A stretch of 12,246 nucleotides of DNA from Paraspadella gotoi. Lineage: Eukaryota; Animalia; Chaetognatha. Position 1 is the stretch's first letter; each line of letters starts with the position of its first letter. The notes beneath the pieces were generated by a model that saw only the letters and a program-made list of their open reading frames with translations, was not told where the DNA came from and did not search any database. The stretch is taken from NCBI GenBank assembly GCA_051294375.1, contig JBJCIZ010001160.1:1-12246 (forward strand), written 5' to 3'. The position numbers and the translations under genes are program-made. This document shows, in pieces, positions 11,801-12,246 of the stretch.

Positions 11801-12136
11801 GACATTCTTCTCTCTCTCTCGTTCTCTCATCTCAGGCTCATCTCTCTCACTCGCTCAGCACAACTTCTCCACAGTACCTCACGGTATCCCGGAAAAAGTT
11901 GTTCACTCGTATGAGATGACAATATGATAGGCGGCTCATCCTTCGTCGATTCCAAGCTTGGAGGAGAGAATCCCTCCCAATCACTCCTAGTCTGTCACTT
12001 TACCGGTTTGACCGGCTTTGATCCGTTTGACGGATTGTGAGAATGGGTCGGGCGTCGTCGGGATTGCTCTCGCTTGACCGACCCAAGCGTCCGCAGCACA
12101 GAGAGGATGTTGCCGGAGTCCGAAGCCGTAGTGAAC
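8742..12136 (-). CDS. DNAH5: Internal multi-exon fragment of an outer-arm axonemal dynein heavy chain (DNAH5/DNAH8 family), end of AAA1 through AAA2; heavily frameshifted as given (sequencing error or pseudogene)
   Basis: Five minus-strand segments carry, in the correct order, motifs recalled from DNAH5/8: VHY(D)[33 protein letters not shown]..GKT (AAA2 Walker A), [72 protein letters not shown]. DNAH5 and DNAH8 cannot be told apart here. The gene extends beyond the right edge and presumably continues toward lower coordinates. Confidence 0.93.
8979..9108 (-). CDS. DNAH5: Dynein heavy chain segment D1 (AAA2 Walker B/sensor-1 region): [10 protein letters not shown](W)[22 protein letters not shown]
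   Basis: AAC ATT TGG ATC GTT..CCT GTC GAC GCC ATC T[A]GG ATC GAA [A] AAT CTC AAT TCG GTC CTC GAC GAC AAC AAG ACG CTC ACC [C] CTC [G] GCC AAC GGG GAC [C] CGG [G] ATT. [13 protein letters not shown] is uninterrupted in one frame. Absent from the ORF track. Confidence 0.95.
9308..9412. repeat. Degenerate (CCAA/CCGA)n low-complexity repeat in the intron between exon C and segment D1
   Basis: aaccaaccgac...ccaaccaatcccaaccaaccaaaccgacccaaaccgac...caaccaaccgaccgacg. Confidence 0.8.
9423..9579 (-). CDS. DNAH5: Dynein heavy chain exon C (AAA2): [51 protein letters not shown]
   Basis: Acceptor CAG at 9582-9580, then CG ATG ACG GAG TGC GGG GCG CCG CAC AAA GAG...AAC CCC AAG GCG..ACG GCG CCC CAA ATG..GAC GTC GCG ACA..TGG ACG GAC GGC ATT TTC..ACT TTG TGG AGG AAG ACG CTC AAG. 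ORF 9278..9577 directly shows [12 protein letters not shown], TAPQM and TLWRKTLK. The donor is garbled (G-ATGAAAT). Confidence 0.93.
9580..11405 (-). other. Intron (about 1.8 kb) between exons B and C
   Basis: AT-rich, GT at 11405-11404 and CAG at 9582-9580. The flanking peptides (LM-K / A-MTECG) are contiguous in the family. The donor context (GTCTTT) is weak, so that boundary is approximate. Confidence 0.75.
11406..11617 (-). CDS. DNAH5: Dynein heavy chain exon B with the AAA2 P-loop: AGYPEI...AGLV...WVLKLIQLFETQ-VRH-MTLG--GAGKTKCI--LM
   Basis: GCG GGG TAT CCG GAG starts at 11614, followed by TGG GTC CTC AAA CTC, GTT CGT CAC, ATG ACG CTC GGG and GCC GGG AAG ACC AAG TGC ATC (GKT = 11439-11431). 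The supplied ORF 11407..11616 shows the pieces AGLV, VRH and AGKTKCI. Upstream lie CTAAC (11655-11651, branch-point-like) and TAG (11620-11618). GT follows at 11405-11404. Confidence 0.86.
11700..11870. repeat. Degenerate (TC)n low-complexity tract between exons A and B
   Basis: Multiple ctctctctc runs interrupted by short unique sequence. Confidence 0.75.
11883..12136 (-). CDS. DNAH5: Dynein heavy chain exon A (AAA1 C-terminal part): [26 protein letters not shown]...RVLRD..[10 protein letters not shown]...LFPG
   Basis: Minus strand reads polypyrimidine tract + CAG (12138-12136), then (G)TT CAC TAC GGC TTC GGA CTC CGG [C] AAC ATC CTC TCT GTG CTG CGG ACG CTT GGG TCG GTC AAG CGA. Later TCC AAG CTT..ATC GAC GAA [G] GAT GAG CCG, and CTT TTT CCG GGA at 11898-11887. 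The 3' boundary is approximate. Confidence 0.88.
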
Positions 12137-12246
12137 TGATGGGGCGAGCGGTAGGGAGAGTGAAAAGAGGTCTGGGGTTCGTAGCGTAAAGGATCCGTGC
12201 AGGCTGGAACATTCTGATCGCGGACTACGCGATTGAAAAGTAAATT

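Noticed and set aside
11667-11927. + strand ORF containing HGIPEKVV, resembling a retrotransposon integrase motif
   Set aside because: The expected SDNG/SDRG does not follow. The motif is the antisense of the dynein LFPG codons and the rest is TC-repeat translation.
8742-12136. Programmed frameshifting or RNA editing as a new expression system for the dynein gene
   Set aside because: The indels share no sequence context and include both insertions and deletions, and similar slips interrupt the intronic GA repeats. Sequencing error is far more parsimonious until accurate reads say otherwise.

Overview
AT-rich, microsatellite-laden eukaryotic genomic DNA, probably from an invertebrate animal (inferred from large introns, GA/GAAT/GAT repeats and abundant CpG). 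No supplied ORF is a complete gene. Read across frames, the minus strand from about 12136 down to 8742 carries five collinear coding segments of an outer-arm axonemal dynein heavy chain of the DNAH5/DNAH8 (gamma-type) family, covering the end of AAA1 and the AAA2 module: [18 protein letters not shown]...[10 protein letters not shown]...LFPG / AGYPE...LIQLFETQxVRHG-MTLG--GAGKTKCI / [52 protein letters not shown] / [32 protein letters not shown] / FEP...SPAT--RNGMVFISSSAL-W--ILE. These peptides are reconstructed by eye, allowing indels, against recalled family sequence, not by a search. Every segment has many 1-nt indels, mostly insertions, while the residues remain well conserved. That fits an uncorrected single-molecule read or poorly polished contig better than a true pseudogene. 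Positions 1-8741 look intronic, with simple repeats, a G-tract cluster and a few GC-rich islands that might be further garbled exons. I see no support for a novel biological system, mobile element, RNA gene or CRISPR array.
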